Positions 29,030-39,852 are shown, counted from the first letter of the stretch. The stretch: 64,000 nt of DNA from Marine Group II euryarchaeote MED-G38 (GCA_002457145.1 NTJP01000007.1:28425-92424), one strand, 5' to 3'. Numbers and translations: made by a program. Notes: a model not told the origin generated them from the letters alone.

Positions 29030-30640
29030 TCACATCCTAAATACGCCATAATTTTGCTCTGGCATTGGAGCATTTAAAGAAGCAGAAATACATAATCCCA
29101 AAATATCGCGTGTATCTCTTGGATCTATTACTCCATCGTCCCAAATCCTGGAAGTTGAATAATAAGGAGACCCTTCTTCATCATATTTTTTAAGTATTGG
29201 ATCCCGAAATTCATTTAGAGAATTGCCAATCATTGGTATTTTTCCTTCTCTTGCTCTTTGATCTTGTTTTACTGTAGTTAATACATCTGCGGCTTGAGGC
29301 CCTCCCATTACAGAAATACGTGAATTAGGCCACATAAATACGAAACGGGGGTCGAAAGCGCGCCCACACATTCCATAATTTCCTGCTCCGTGAGAACCTC
29401 CTATTATTATAGTAAATTTTGGGACTGGAACACAAGAGACGGCAGTTACTAATTTTGCTCCATCTTTTGCTATACCTCCTGATTCGGCATCTTTACCAAC
29501 CATAAATCCAGTAATATTTTGTAGAAAAATTAATGGTATTCCTCTTTGTCCACATAATTCTACAAAATGTGCTCCTTTTAATGAAGACTCTGAAAATAAT
29601 ATCCCATTATTTGCTACAATTCCAACCGGATACCCATGAATTTTTGCGAAACCACATACCAAGGTCTGGCCATATCTATTCTTGAATTCATGAAATCTGG
29701 AACCATCAACAATTCTTGAAATTATTTCTCTAACATCATAGGAAGTCCTATTATCTATAGGTATGATTCCCATTAATTCTTCAGCATCATATTTTGGCTC
29801 TTCTACGATACTTGTATCAAGCCTATGTTTAGGTTTGATGTTTAGATTCTCAATAATATTTCGTACCATCCGTAAAGCTTCTGGTTCATCATCAGCGAAG
29901 TGATCTGCTACTCCTGAATCTCGGGTATGTACTACTGCCCCTCCTAATTCCTCAGCAGTTACTACCTCTCCTGTGGCAGATTTAACCAATGGAGGTCCCG
30001 CGAGAAATATTGTACCATTTTCTTTTACAATTATTGATTCATCTGACATCGCAGGGATATAAGCTCCACCGGCAGTACAAGATCCAAGAACGGCTGCTAC
30101 TTGCGATATTCCTTTACTAGAAAGCATAGCCTGATTTCTAAAGATTCTTCCAAAATGTAACTTATCAGGAAATACTTCATCCTGAAGTGGTAAAAAGGCT
30201 CCACCTGAATCAACGAGATAAATACAAGTTAGATTATTTTCTTCTGCTATCTCTTGTGCCCTGATATGTTTTTTGACAGTTAGAGGATAATATGAACCTC
30301 CTTTAATAGTAGCATCATTTGCAACAAACATACATTCTTTCCCATGGACTACACCAATCCCGGTAACAATTCCAGCAGAATGAGCTTTACCATCGTAGCA
30401 ATCATTTGCAGCTAGAGGAGACAATTCTAAAAAAGGAGTACCGGAATCGCATATATCTGAAATTCTCTCTCTTGCTAATTTTTTATTTCTACTTCTATGA
30501 CGATCGACATATTTTTTTCCTCCACCAAGTTTTACTTCAGCTAATTTTTCTCTTAAATCATTAACTAAAGTAATATTTTTTTCCTTACATCGGATAAAAT
30601 CCTGGCTTTTAGAATCAATGCGTGTGGGTAGCCTCTCCAT
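29030..30640 (-). CDS. Acyl-CoA carboxylase carboxyltransferase (beta) subunit, methylcrotonyl-CoA carboxylase-like
   Basis: ATG at 30640 ([12 protein letters not shown]); the track uses TTG at 30676. Long stretches match my memory of MCCC2-type proteins: [59 protein letters not shown]. Confidence 0.9.
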   Translation of the reverse strand: MERLPTRIDSKSQDFIRCKEKNITLVNDLREKLAEVKLGGGKKYVDRHRSRNKKLARERISDICDSGTPFLELSPLAANDCYDGKAHSAGIVTGIGVVHGKECMFVANDATIKGGSYYPLTVKKHIRAQEIAEENNLTCIYLVDSGGAFLPLQDEVFPDKLHFGRIFRNQAMLSSKGISQVAAVLGSCTAGGAYIPAMSDESIIVKENGTIFLAGPPLVKSATGEVVTAEELGGAVVHTRDSGVADHFADDEPEALRMVRNIIENLNIKPKHRLDTSIVEEPKYDAEELMGIIPIDNRTSYDVREIISRIVDGSRFHEFKNRYGQTLVCGFAKIHGYPVGIVANNGILFSESSLKGAHFVELCGQRGIPLIFLQNITGFMVGKDAESGGIAKDGAKLVTAVSCVPVPKFTIIIGGSHGAGNYGMCGRAFDPRFVFMWPNSRISVMGGPQAADVLTTVKQDQRAREGKIPMIGNSLNEFRDPILKKYDEEGSPYYSTSRIWDDGVIDPRDTRDILGLCISASLNAPMPEQNYGVFRM

Positions 30641-30709
30641 TGCCTTCAATACTCCAGATGACACATAAGTATTCAATTGAATTGGCTGATATTCAAAAAA
30701 ATGAAATAA

Positions 30710-32038
30710 TTAGACTCCTAAAGCAAGTCTGAAAACATCTCTAAGGCCTGGGGCCATACCCACGACTAGCATGGCCAATCCGATTAGTAATCGTAAATGT
30801 TGTTGTCTATTTTCAAAGTTAGATATAGTAAAGAAATACCATATTAATATGCCTAATCCTAATTTTATTATTACAAATCCTGCAGCTGAATTAAATTGTT
30901 CAATAATCCAAGCAGAAAAAACATGCTTTTCTCTGTAGTTAAAAAAATCAATACCAATCCAAGTTGCTAAGCCATCAAGTAATTGTCCTGCCACAGCCAA
31001 AAATACCACAGGAGATGCCCCTATAGCTTTCTTACGGTGTTCTTCAATGAGATCTTTATCCGGAGAAGTTAGAGCGATATAATCTTCTTCAGTCATTACT
31101 CCCGGAAGTATGCCAGCAATTAGTCCATGTTCTGATAATTCTTTTACAGCAGGAGAACCAATATTATACATAAAATATGCAAGAAATGAGGGGAGTCCGA
31201 TTACAACTATTAATGGCCATAATACTAATTCATTACTAGGAATATGACTTGCATAAGATGATAGTGCACCAAGAAATATCAATGCCCCTCCAAGACCAAC
31301 AGAATAAACAGTTTTCTGGACAGGAGTGAAAACCTTTAATGATTTATTTAGTAACTGTGGTATAAAAATAGCAAACATTCCAATCAACAAAAGTAATGTC
31401 ATATCTATTTCTTGATTAATTACTTTATCACTATTGGATATCGATGACACATACAACAAAAATTGTACTAGAATTAACAAACTAGAAACTAGCTCTATTT
31501 CTCTTTCTAACTTATTCTTATTTTTAGATTTCTTCTCAAGAGTGTATGCCACTGAACCTGCTATAATAACCCAAAGGGCAGTTTGAAAATGAACTCCTGG
31601 GCTAACAAAATATGGAGCGAGGTTCGAATCAAACATTTGTGCATCTTCGACAACTTCTCCAAAAACTGCCCAGAAAACATAAGGGAATAGTGCAATTAAT
31701 GTATAATCACTAGAATCTATATTCAAATATCTCAATAATGCAGCTAATGAAACCACAAACATCGCCAAAATAAATGCATAAGTCATGGTATTAATGGTGT
31801 TATAACCTGCATCTGAGGTTTCTTCGGCAATAATTGGATCTAAGTAGTATTCATAAATAAAATCTGTAAGAGGGTTTTCAAGACTCAAATATGAAAGAAA
31901 TAATCCACAAAAAAATAGTACAAAAGATATTAAAATGATATTTATAGACCATTTTTCATAATCATATAACTCTTCCAAGCGATTAGACATTGTGCCGGCG
32001 AAGAGATTATTGCGCTTAGGTGTGGCGGTTTTATTCAC
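30710..32038 (-). CDS. Polytopic membrane protein, possibly DUF63-like
   Basis: 442 aa, at least 9 helices, GTG start overlapping the upstream stop (GTGA). YYLDPII...GYNTINTMTYAFIL and FVSPGVHF resemble what I recall of archaeal DUF63. Low certainty. Confidence 0.5.
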   Translation of the reverse strand: MNKTATPKRNNLFAGTMSNRLEELYDYEKWSINIILISFVLFFCGLFLSYLSLENPLTDFIYEYYLDPIIAEETSDAGYNTINTMTYAFILAMFVVSLAALLRYLNIDSSDYTLIALFPYVFWAVFGEVVEDAQMFDSNLAPYFVSPGVHFQTALWVIIAGSVAYTLEKKSKNKNKLEREIELVSSLLILVQFLLYVSSISNSDKVINQEIDMTLLLLIGMFAIFIPQLLNKSLKVFTPVQKTVYSVGLGGALIFLGALSSYASHIPSNELVLWPLIVVIGLPSFLAYFMYNIGSPAVKELSEHGLIAGILPGVMTEEDYIALTSPDKDLIEEHRKKAIGASPVVFLAVAGQLLDGLATWIGIDFFNYREKHVFSAWIIEQFNSAAGFVIIKLGLGILIWYFFTISNFENRQQHLRLLIGLAMLVVGMAPGLRDVFRLALGV

Positions 32039-32766
32039 TCTTCTTCATATAGTATTTCTTCATCATCTGCAAGTTCCAACATTTCAGATATATCATCCTC
32101 ACTTTGAATATTTACAGGAGAATTAGTAAATTTTCTAGAAGCTTTTCTTCGGGCCTCGGCTAATCCAGGTACTAGTGCATTAAAACCTGAATTAGGCTCA
32201 TCAATTCGATCTTGATGCGAATCCAGACTTCGAGATTGTATGCGTTGTTTTCTTTTATCTTGTTCTAGGCCATATAAGACAGTGCCATGCTCAGAACCCC
32301 TTAATATTCCTTCAATTGCTGGCCCTGCAATAGCTAAACTTTGATCATCTCCGATTATTAAAACCGTAGAGCCATAAATAGATATTTCACAACCAGTTAA
32401 TTCTTCAATTAAACTCCTTATTCTGCCATTGGTACCTATCAGTCTACTTCTCATTCTACGAATCTGATTAGGTTGGCGCCCTACCCATTCTCTGATATCA
32501 TACATCTTTAGAAAAATATCATCATTTAATAATTGTAGGGCTCTTTTTGGTGCTAGACCTCTACCTATTGACATAATTAAATCGGGCATCTTCATACGAA
32601 TTATGGGATCTGAATTCTCTAAATCCCAAGTTATGTTTACCTCACCTGATTGAGAATCTATTTGCAATAATCCGCCGCATGCTTTTTCTATTAATTTACG
32701 AGTTGATCCTCGCTTTCCAATGAGGACTGCGATGCGGTCTTTTGGTATACGCGCCAGATGCTCCAT
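32035..32766 (-). CDS. KH-domain RNA-binding protein (archaeal Dim2/Pno1-like)
   Basis: 243 aa. Two KH-type segments (IPKDRIAVLIGKRGSTRKLIE; LIGTNGRIRSLIEELTG). It occupies the conserved archaeal position after aIF-1A and RIO kinase. Confidence 0.8.
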   Translation of the reverse strand: MEHLARIPKDRIAVLIGKRGSTRKLIEKACGGLLQIDSQSGEVNITWDLENSDPIIRMKMPDLIMSIGRGLAPKRALQLLNDDIFLKMYDIREWVGRQPNQIRRMRSRLIGTNGRIRSLIEELTGCEISIYGSTVLIIGDDQSLAIAGPAIEGILRGSEHGTVLYGLEQDKRKQRIQSRSLDSHQDRIDEPNSGFNALVPGLAEARRKASRKFTNSPVNIQSEDDISEMLELADDEEILYEEE

Positions 32767-32791
32767 GAATCCGGTCAGAGAGTCATATACT

Positions 32792-33673
32792 TTAATCTCC
32801 GCCCGGTAGAGGTTCTAATTTTGGGACTGGTTCATCTAAAACTCTGACTAAACATTCTGCTAAATCCACTGTAAATCCTTTACGATTGATCCATTCTACT
32901 AATCTTGTGATATCTCTGACTAAGAATTCTTCAGCATTTGGATGTTGATTAGTTACTGCTTGGCCAACATCTATAACCCAAATATCTTCATTTTTTATTA
33001 AAATATTATATTCACTAAAATCTGCATGAACTAAATTACATGATTGCCAATTTATTGCTATAATATCTAGAAGTTGAGAAAAAATCTCAAAAGGATTCTT
33101 AACAGATATATCCCTTAATCTTGGGCTAGCTTGTTTTTCACCTATGAATTCCATAATTAATACATTCTTAAAATGAGAAATGGGTAATGGAACTCTTAGA
33201 CCATTTGCTCTCATGCGCTTTAAATTTCTATATTCTTTACGAACCCATATATTGACTAACTCTCTATGACGTCTAGAAAGGCCACCAAATCTTGGATCTC
33301 CATCGATATACTTTGCTAAACTTTTGAAAACAGCATTAGTGGTATGAAATATCTTTACGGCAACCGGTCCATTGTTACTGGTTGCATAAAAAACATGTGC
33401 CTCTTTACCCCTTGCTATTGGATATTCGATAGTCTCAATATCTCCTTTTTGCATCATTTTGTGAATTGCTAGGAGAGTAGAGCTGTCAAATACTTGATCA
33501 AAAACTCGTCTATCTACCCAATCATATCTTCCTTTACCCATTACTCCTTGAAGTCCATGTTCAATTTCATTGAATAATTTCTTAAATCTTGGCTCAGAAA
33601 TCCATTCATGTTTTCTTTCACTTTTCATTAAGGAGTCGAAATCAGGCTCTAAATCCCATTCTTCATCTCTCAT
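32792..33673 (-). CDS. rio1: RIO-type serine/threonine protein kinase
   Basis: 293 aa. ISTGKEA-like ARGKEAHVF, VAVKIF, catalytic LVHADFSEYNIL and metal-binding IDVGQAV. Confidence 0.9.
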   Translation of the reverse strand: MRDEEWDLEPDFDSLMKSERKHEWISEPRFKKLFNEIEHGLQGVMGKGRYDWVDRRVFDQVFDSSTLLAIHKMMQKGDIETIEYPIARGKEAHVFYATSNNGPVAVKIFHTTNAVFKSLAKYIDGDPRFGGLSRRHRELVNIWVRKEYRNLKRMRANGLRVPLPISHFKNVLIMEFIGEKQASPRLRDISVKNPFEIFSQLLDIIAINWQSCNLVHADFSEYNILIKNEDIWVIDVGQAVTNQHPNAEEFLVRDITRLVEWINRKGFTVDLAECLVRVLDEPVPKLEPLPGGD

Positions 33674-33678
33674 TTAAT

Positions 33679-34245
33679 TCACCCGAAGAACGAGTCAATA
33701 TCATCATTATCATTATTCATTGGAGGTGGATTAATTTCTGGTTCTTTAATTAATTCAGATTCTGAAGTTATCTCTTCGGATAATTCTTCTATTTCTTCAT
33801 TTTCAATTTCTTGTTCTGAAGTAGTTTGAGAATCTTCTGCCATTCCAAATAAGTCAACAATTTCAGGCAATACTCCTTTTCTTGAAAGATAAAGTGATTG
33901 AGTTTTTGTATACCGCATACATACATTGGCTTTTTCATCTTGAAATTCCCATGGTTGAAGTGTTATCAAATCACCTTCTCTTACCCACTGTCTCCTTCGC
34001 ATTTTTCCAGGAATCCTGGCAAGACGAGTTTGCCCGTCTTCACAAATAGAACGTACCCTTCGACCTCCTAGAATCATGTCTGCGATTGCGAACATTTCAT
34101 TCACTTTTCTATTGGGTAAAGGTACACGGATCCTGTCTCCAGTTCCAGATTCAAGACGTGCGAGAAGTTCGGCGTCTACCTTCTCTTCTCTACGGGCCAC
34201 ATACCTCGGTCGGTAGACTCCTATGTGAACTTGAGCATGATTCAT
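33679..34245 (-). CDS. eif1a: Translation initiation factor aIF-1A with a long acidic C-terminal tail
   Basis: S1/OB core IRVPLPNR..MFAIADMILGGRRVRSICEDGQTRLARIPGKMRRRQWVREGDLITLQPWEF. 188 aa from the ATG at 34245. An alternative GTG at 34200 is preceded by GAGGT. Confidence 0.85.
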   Translation of the reverse strand: MNHAQVHIGVYRPRYVARREEKVDAELLARLESGTGDRIRVPLPNRKVNEMFAIADMILGGRRVRSICEDGQTRLARIPGKMRRRQWVREGDLITLQPWEFQDEKANVCMRYTKTQSLYLSRKGVLPEIVDLFGMAEDSQTTSEQEIENEEIEELSEEITSESELIKEPEINPPPMNNDNDDIDSFFG

Positions 34246-34250
34246 CTAAG

Positions 34251-35939
34251 TTAGACCAAGGATTGAGCTGCTTCATTAACAATTTCAAGTAATATCTCCG
34301 ACAAAGGACCGATGCCAAATAAGATAGTGAAAATTGCACATATAATTATTGTAATTCTTAAATAAATAGATTTTTCTAATGGTTTTGAAGATACTGGCTC
34401 TTCAAAGAACATAATTAACCCTATCCTTAGATAATAGAATAATGAAATTGCACTATTAATTACTATAGAAATGGCTAACCAGAAAATTATATTTACACTA
34501 CTAGCCCAATTCAAGATTGTTGCCGAAGATAAACTTCCTGTGCCTGCAGAGATGTTGACTATTCCATTAATCATCAAAAGCTTAGATAAGAAACCCGATA
34601 ATGGAGGGATACCTGCTAATGAAAGCATAAAAATAAACATAGAAACGGCAATTGTAGAATCTCTACGTGCTAATCCCTTTAAACCATCCATATTATGACT
34701 TAGGCCCTCTTTTTCAAGTAGGCTAAGTACTAAGAATGCACCTAATTTGAATAATACTAGTATTGTTAGATGGAATATTACTGCAGTGATTATCAAAATG
34801 TTTGAGTTTTGAGTTCCAAGGCCGCTGCCTATTGCGGCTATAGCAGCAAGCATATATCCTGCATGGGCTACACTGGAGTATGCCAACATTCTTTTTGGAT
34901 TATCACTAGTTAATGCAGCAAAATTACCCCATGTCATTGTGATTACTGAAATTATTACAATTGCAATCATCCAATAGGCTTCTGTACCTTCTTCTGGCAA
35001 GGTCACAATAAACAAAATTTTCATTATTGCTACAAATCCCATGGCTTTCGATGCAGTAGCAAGTAATCCGGCAATAGGAGATGATGCTCCTGAATATGCA
35101 TCAGGAGTTGCCAAATGGAATGGTGCAGCACCCACTTTGAAACCAAATGCAACGAGCATAAGGCCCATGCCTATGCCTGCCATGGGATCGAGGATTTCCA
35201 TGGATGACCAAGAATTACTAAGAGAATTAATTTGTAGATCTCCATTCCATAAATACAGCAATGACATTCCATAAATTCCAACAGCAGATGCAACCGATCC
35301 TACAATGAAATATTTTGTTCCAGCCTCTCCTCCTATATCTTTCTCTTTGTAAAAACCTACAAGAACATATGATGATAAAGAAGCTAACTCAAGGCTAACA
35401 AAGAGTAAAAATAAATGAGTGGATTTAGACATTAAGCACATGCCAAGTCCTACCATTGATAGAAGAATGTAGAAATCTACTTGACGGCGGTTATTCATCA
35501 ATATATTTATTTTAGTTGATACTGAATCTATTGAATCGGAATTTTTAGGAATCTTAGGATCTTTTCTAGGAGGCATTACATAGAAAGTGGCTATGGAAGT
35601 GATAAGTAGAGTTGAGGTAAAAATTAATGAAAATAGATTTGTGAATTGATTGATTTCCATTATTTCTCCAACATTACCATTTGTTTCGCCTTGGATCATT
35701 ACCAATGAAACGATAAATGAAAGAGAGAAAGTGAATATTGCTATTATGCTAGGAATATATGGGTTATTCACTTGATTGAATCTAGTTCCTCCAATTAAGA
35801 CCGGTATAGAAGTATTAGTAAGAGGTATTCGTATCTTAGCATCACCCAAATTAGGCATTATTATCATTGCCAATATCCCAATAATCATCATAATTTCTGG
35901 GATTAATAATTCAATTGAAATATCACTTAAAGAACTCAT
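34251..35939 (-). CDS. nuoN: NADH-quinone oxidoreductase subunit N
   Basis: Antiporter-like polytopic protein, last gene of the nuo cluster. The ATG at 35939 overlaps the nuoM TGA (ATGA), with GGAGG 8 nt upstream (track start 35960). Confidence 0.9.
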   Translation of the reverse strand: MSSLSDISIELLIPEIMMIIGILAMIIMPNLGDAKIRIPLTNTSIPVLIGGTRFNQVNNPYIPSIIAIFTFSLSFIVSLVMIQGETNGNVGEIMEINQFTNLFSLIFTSTLLITSIATFYVMPPRKDPKIPKNSDSIDSVSTKINILMNNRRQVDFYILLSMVGLGMCLMSKSTHLFLLFVSLELASLSSYVLVGFYKEKDIGGEAGTKYFIVGSVASAVGIYGMSLLYLWNGDLQINSLSNSWSSMEILDPMAGIGMGLMLVAFGFKVGAAPFHLATPDAYSGASSPIAGLLATASKAMGFVAIMKILFIVTLPEEGTEAYWMIAIVIISVITMTWGNFAALTSDNPKRMLAYSSVAHAGYMLAAIAAIGSGLGTQNSNILIITAVIFHLTILVLFKLGAFLVLSLLEKEGLSHNMDGLKGLARRDSTIAVSMFIFMLSLAGIPPLSGFLSKLLMINGIVNISAGTGSLSSATILNWASSVNIIFWLAISIVINSAISLFYYLRIGLIMFFEEPVSSKPLEKSIYLRITIIICAIFTILFGIGPLSEILLEIVNEAAQSLV

Positions 35940-37570
35940 TTGAATGCCTCCAAAATCCAACCTAAGCTTGGCCTCCAGATATTGTTATTTTGCATGGCAT
36001 CAATCATAATTTCAGTCATAAATTCTGTACTCCATACTGACATCATATCCCAGAAAATAAATGGAAATATACCAAAAATAATTGTGAAAATACCTAATAT
36101 AAACATACCTGTGTTTTCATGCCAAGTAACATCACGAGGTTTGTCACCATGTAGGCTATCTGGTAATATTCCTTGATGAGGATTATCGGACTCAAAAATT
36201 GTACGCTGCATTGACGTTAGATAATATGTTGCAGTTATCACCAGAGTTAAGGTTGGCAACATTACTAACCATCCAAAAGATAGCCAAAAAGCAATTAATA
36301 TTGCAACTTCTGCTACGAAACCTGCCATTAAAGGCAAACCTAAACTAGCCATCCAACCCAACATCATATGCCCCGATAAAAATGGTGAGTGGTGTGCTAT
36401 TCCTCTCATGGAACCGATTTCTAATGTATGATAATGATGTTTGAAAGATCCTGCGACAGCGAATAATAGTGGACTTATTATTCCGTGTGCAAACATCATG
36501 AATAATGCACCAGCAAATCCAAGGGGTTGCATCGTTGCTATTCCAAGAAATATTAACCCCATGTGTGAGACTGAAGAATATGCAACCATTCTCTTGAGAT
36601 TGGTTTGTCCCATGCACACCCATGCACCATAAACTAAACTTGCCATCCCTAAGAAAACTAAGAGTGGAATAAATATAATTGTAGATTCAGGGAAAATAGT
36701 AACTGCAACTCTAAGAAAACCATATGCACCCATTTTTAGCATAACTCCAGCCAATAACATAGACCCAGCCGTTGGTGCCTGAACGTGCGCATCAGGTAGC
36801 CATGTGTGAACTGGTACACTAGGCATTTTTGTTGCAAAACCTATTAGTAAAAGTATCCAAACAAAATGTCTAAGGCCTTCATTTGGCATGAAATTGCCTT
36901 GGATGGACATCTGGACAAGGTCAAAATGATGGCCCGTCATACTTCCAATTCCAGGCAATGGAGTAGTATGGAAATACATTATTAGTATTCCTATGAGCAT
37001 AAATACACTTGCAGTAAATGTATAGATAAAGAATTTCATCGCAGCATACTTTCTATCTTCGCCACCCCATAATAGAATAAGTAAGAACATTGGTATTAAT
37101 GTTAATTCCCAAAAAACATAGAAAACAAACAAATCTAATGAAACGAAAACTCCTAACAAAGCACCTTCCATTATCAATATTAAAGGATGAAAAATATGTC
37201 CTTTCTTTGCATCCCATTCCACTAGCATGGATATCGGAATTAAAAATGCAGTTAACCATATCATTGGAAATGAAAGGGCATCCGCGCCGACTTTCCACTG
37301 GACTCCTATTGATGAAATAAGGGAAAATTGTTCATTCTTTAGGACATATTCCCCATGTAATAGATTTGTCCATTCTACATTACCAATTGTTCCAATGAAA
37401 ATCATAGTTGCAATAGCAAACATGGCCAAAGCAATTCCCATACATATATTACGGGTAATCTTTTTCAAATTAGAACTCATTTCTTTAGGCAATATTTGAG
37501 GCAGAATAATTAATGTTATACCTGTGAACAGGGGCACGAGTGTTAATATTGACAAGATATCTAAGTTCAT
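35936..37570 (-). CDS. nuoM: NADH-quinone oxidoreductase subunit M
   Basis: Antiporter-like subunit (WLPDAHVQAPTAGSMLLAGV, MVAYSSVSHMG). The ATG at 37570 overlaps the nuoL TGA (ATGA). Confidence 0.9.
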   Translation of the reverse strand: MNLDILSILTLVPLFTGITLIILPQILPKEMSSNLKKITRNICMGIALAMFAIATMIFIGTIGNVEWTNLLHGEYVLKNEQFSLISSIGVQWKVGADALSFPMIWLTAFLIPISMLVEWDAKKGHIFHPLILIMEGALLGVFVSLDLFVFYVFWELTLIPMFLLILLWGGEDRKYAAMKFFIYTFTASVFMLIGILIMYFHTTPLPGIGSMTGHHFDLVQMSIQGNFMPNEGLRHFVWILLLIGFATKMPSVPVHTWLPDAHVQAPTAGSMLLAGVMLKMGAYGFLRVAVTIFPESTIIFIPLLVFLGMASLVYGAWVCMGQTNLKRMVAYSSVSHMGLIFLGIATMQPLGFAGALFMMFAHGIISPLLFAVAGSFKHHYHTLEIGSMRGIAHHSPFLSGHMMLGWMASLGLPLMAGFVAEVAILIAFWLSFGWLVMLPTLTLVITATYYLTSMQRTIFESDNPHQGILPDSLHGDKPRDVTWHENTGMFILGIFTIIFGIFPFIFWDMMSVWSTEFMTEIMIDAMQNNNIWRPSLGWILEAFK

Positions 37571-39843
37571 GCATTGACCCCCCATATTAATATGAATATT
37601 GAAATCATACCAACTGCAGCCATCAAGATATAATCTCGAGCACTTCCGGTAGTTATTTTCCTTATTTGTATTGAGCTTGAAACAGATATGGATTCTACTT
37701 GTTTTATTATTCCATCAATTATTATACGATCGAACCATGCAGATAAGTTAGCGAATGGGATAATAGTTTTTGAAATCAAATATTCATAAATATCATCAAA
37801 ATATAATCTATTTTGTAATGCCTCTGAGAATTGTGATTTTGACATATTTTCTACATCTTGATGGCCAAATTTACTTGAAAGTATTACTAGCCAATTAATT
37901 GGTACAATAGCTTTCATTCCTTTTTGTAATTTTCCCCCATGAACTCTTGCAGCGATCAGAGGGCCGATAATAAAGGAAAGTAATATTGTTGTCCAACCAA
38001 CAATTCTTGTAGTCATATCAGAGGGAAGGAAAGCATGCTCTAGTGTGTATAAAAATCCATGCATCTCTAAATGATCAGTATCTGCTGATAGGAAATGTAT
38101 GATATCCAAAAGAGCTAGTCCAAAACCTCCAATCGCTGTTATAACTGTAAGAATCAATAATGGTTCTCTAATCCAAGGTGTAGATTCATGCACATGATTT
38201 ACAACATCGTTTTTAGGTTCTCCCGCAAAAGTCATCAACCACATCCTTGACATATAAAAACCGGTCATTCCTGCGGTAGCAAGAATAAGTATAGCAGGAA
38301 TTAACATTAATGGCTCATATTCGATTGCTGCTTTCCAAGTCTCAGCAATAATTCCTTCTTTAGACCAAAAACCACCAATAAGAGGGACTCCAATGATTGA
38401 CATAGATCCAAACATCATTGCTGTAGCAGTAATTGGCATTTTTGAAGCTAGGCCACCCATATTACGCATATCTTGAGGATCAAAGTCATGATCATGTGAT
38501 CCTTCATTATTCATATGATCATGTGCATGATGCATTTCATGAATAACTGAACCACTAGCCATGAACAACATACCTTTTGCCATGGCGTGATTGAACAAAT
38601 GGAACATTGAAGCCCCAAATGCAATCATTGCTGCATGATGATGGTCAGTATTATAGAACCAAAGAGCAACTCCTAGGCCAGTGAATATATATGCTAATTG
38701 ACTCATAGTAGAGTATGCAAGAACTTTCTTGATATCATTTTGAACAAATGCAATTAATGCAGCCATGAATGCTGTTATCCCTCCTATGAATGCAATAATT
38801 ATTCCTAGATTTTCTAAACCTGATACTCCATTATAATGTACATCAACGAAAGGGACCATTCTAGCAACCAAATATAATCCAGCATTTACCATAGTTGCAG
38901 CATGTATCAATGCAGACACGGGAGTTGGCCCCTCCATAGCGTCCGGCAACCAGACATGTAATGGAAATTGTGCAGACTTTCCAACTGCTCCAACAAATAA
39001 TAATAATAAAGCCCAAAATAATTGATTAGAATCTACTAACGCTCCTGCCACCCCTGTTGACGGATCATCAAAAATTACTTCAAAGTCTAAAGATCCATAG
39101 ATGTCATAAAGAATAAATAATCCAACCATCAAGAAAACGTCTCCTATTCTAGTTGTAAGGAATGCTTTTTTTGCTGCATAAGCAGCACTAACTTTCCAAT
39201 AATAAAAACCAATTAAAAGATAAGAACAAAGTCCCATGATTTCCCAAAATATGAATAGCCAAAGGAAGCTATCTGCCATTACCATCCCAAACATCCCCAT
39301 ACTGAATAATACAAATTCTGCATAAAAACGATGGTTTCTATCTTCATTTATTGGATCTGTATTCATATAACCCATGCTAAACCAACATATTAGGAAGCAA
39401 AGAAAAGTTGCAACAAATAAGATCATCAAAGTTACCTGGTCTATCCAAATACCCACTCCAATTATTCTAATTTCTTCTGAAATAGTAAAATCAGACTGTA
39501 AGAAATCAAAGGTTATCCATTCGAACCAAGTAAGTATAGATTGATCTGTAAAATTATAAGATCCATAAAGGTAATCAAACAAAATCCAAAGTGCTATAGT
39601 AAGAGAAACTGCAAGTGCACCTAATGCTAATATTCCTCCTTCTTTCCATTTATTTTTCCAAACTTTATTTTTATTGAAAATTTGACCAATGATGAGAATT
39701 GTTGGGAATATTAACAATGGAACTGTAACAATTAAAAATGCTGCATCTACTGAATCCCAACCTATTATTTTTAGGAATGGCGCCAACAGAAGTATAGGAA
39801 TTAATGGGTAGAGTAACGGATATTCATGTTTTACCTGGTCCAT
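37567..39843 (-). CDS. nuoL: NADH-quinone oxidoreductase subunit L (long form, 758 aa)
   Basis: WLPDAMEGPTPVSALIHAATMV and VLAYSTMSQLAY. The C-terminal extension fits the lateral helix plus a final TM. Contains a His-rich insertion (see findings). Confidence 0.9.
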   Translation of the reverse strand: MDQVKHEYPLLYPLIPILLLAPFLKIIGWDSVDAAFLIVTVPLLIFPTILIIGQIFNKNKVWKNKWKEGGILALGALAVSLTIALWILFDYLYGSYNFTDQSILTWFEWITFDFLQSDFTISEEIRIIGVGIWIDQVTLMILFVATFLCFLICWFSMGYMNTDPINEDRNHRFYAEFVLFSMGMFGMVMADSFLWLFIFWEIMGLCSYLLIGFYYWKVSAAYAAKKAFLTTRIGDVFLMVGLFILYDIYGSLDFEVIFDDPSTGVAGALVDSNQLFWALLLLFVGAVGKSAQFPLHVWLPDAMEGPTPVSALIHAATMVNAGLYLVARMVPFVDVHYNGVSGLENLGIIIAFIGGITAFMAALIAFVQNDIKKVLAYSTMSQLAYIFTGLGVALWFYNTDHHHAAMIAFGASMFHLFNHAMAKGMLFMASGSVIHEMHHAHDHMNNEGSHDHDFDPQDMRNMGGLASKMPITATAMMFGSMSIIGVPLIGGFWSKEGIIAETWKAAIEYEPLMLIPAILILATAGMTGFYMSRMWLMTFAGEPKNDVVNHVHESTPWIREPLLILTVITAIGGFGLALLDIIHFLSADTDHLEMHGFLYTLEHAFLPSDMTTRIVGWTTILLSFIIGPLIAARVHGGKLQKGMKAIVPINWLVILSSKFGHQDVENMSKSQFSEALQNRLYFDDIYEYLISKTIIPFANLSAWFDRIIIDGIIKQVESISVSSSIQIRKITTGSARDYILMAAVGMISIFILIWGVNA

Positions 39844-39852
39844 AATTTCACC

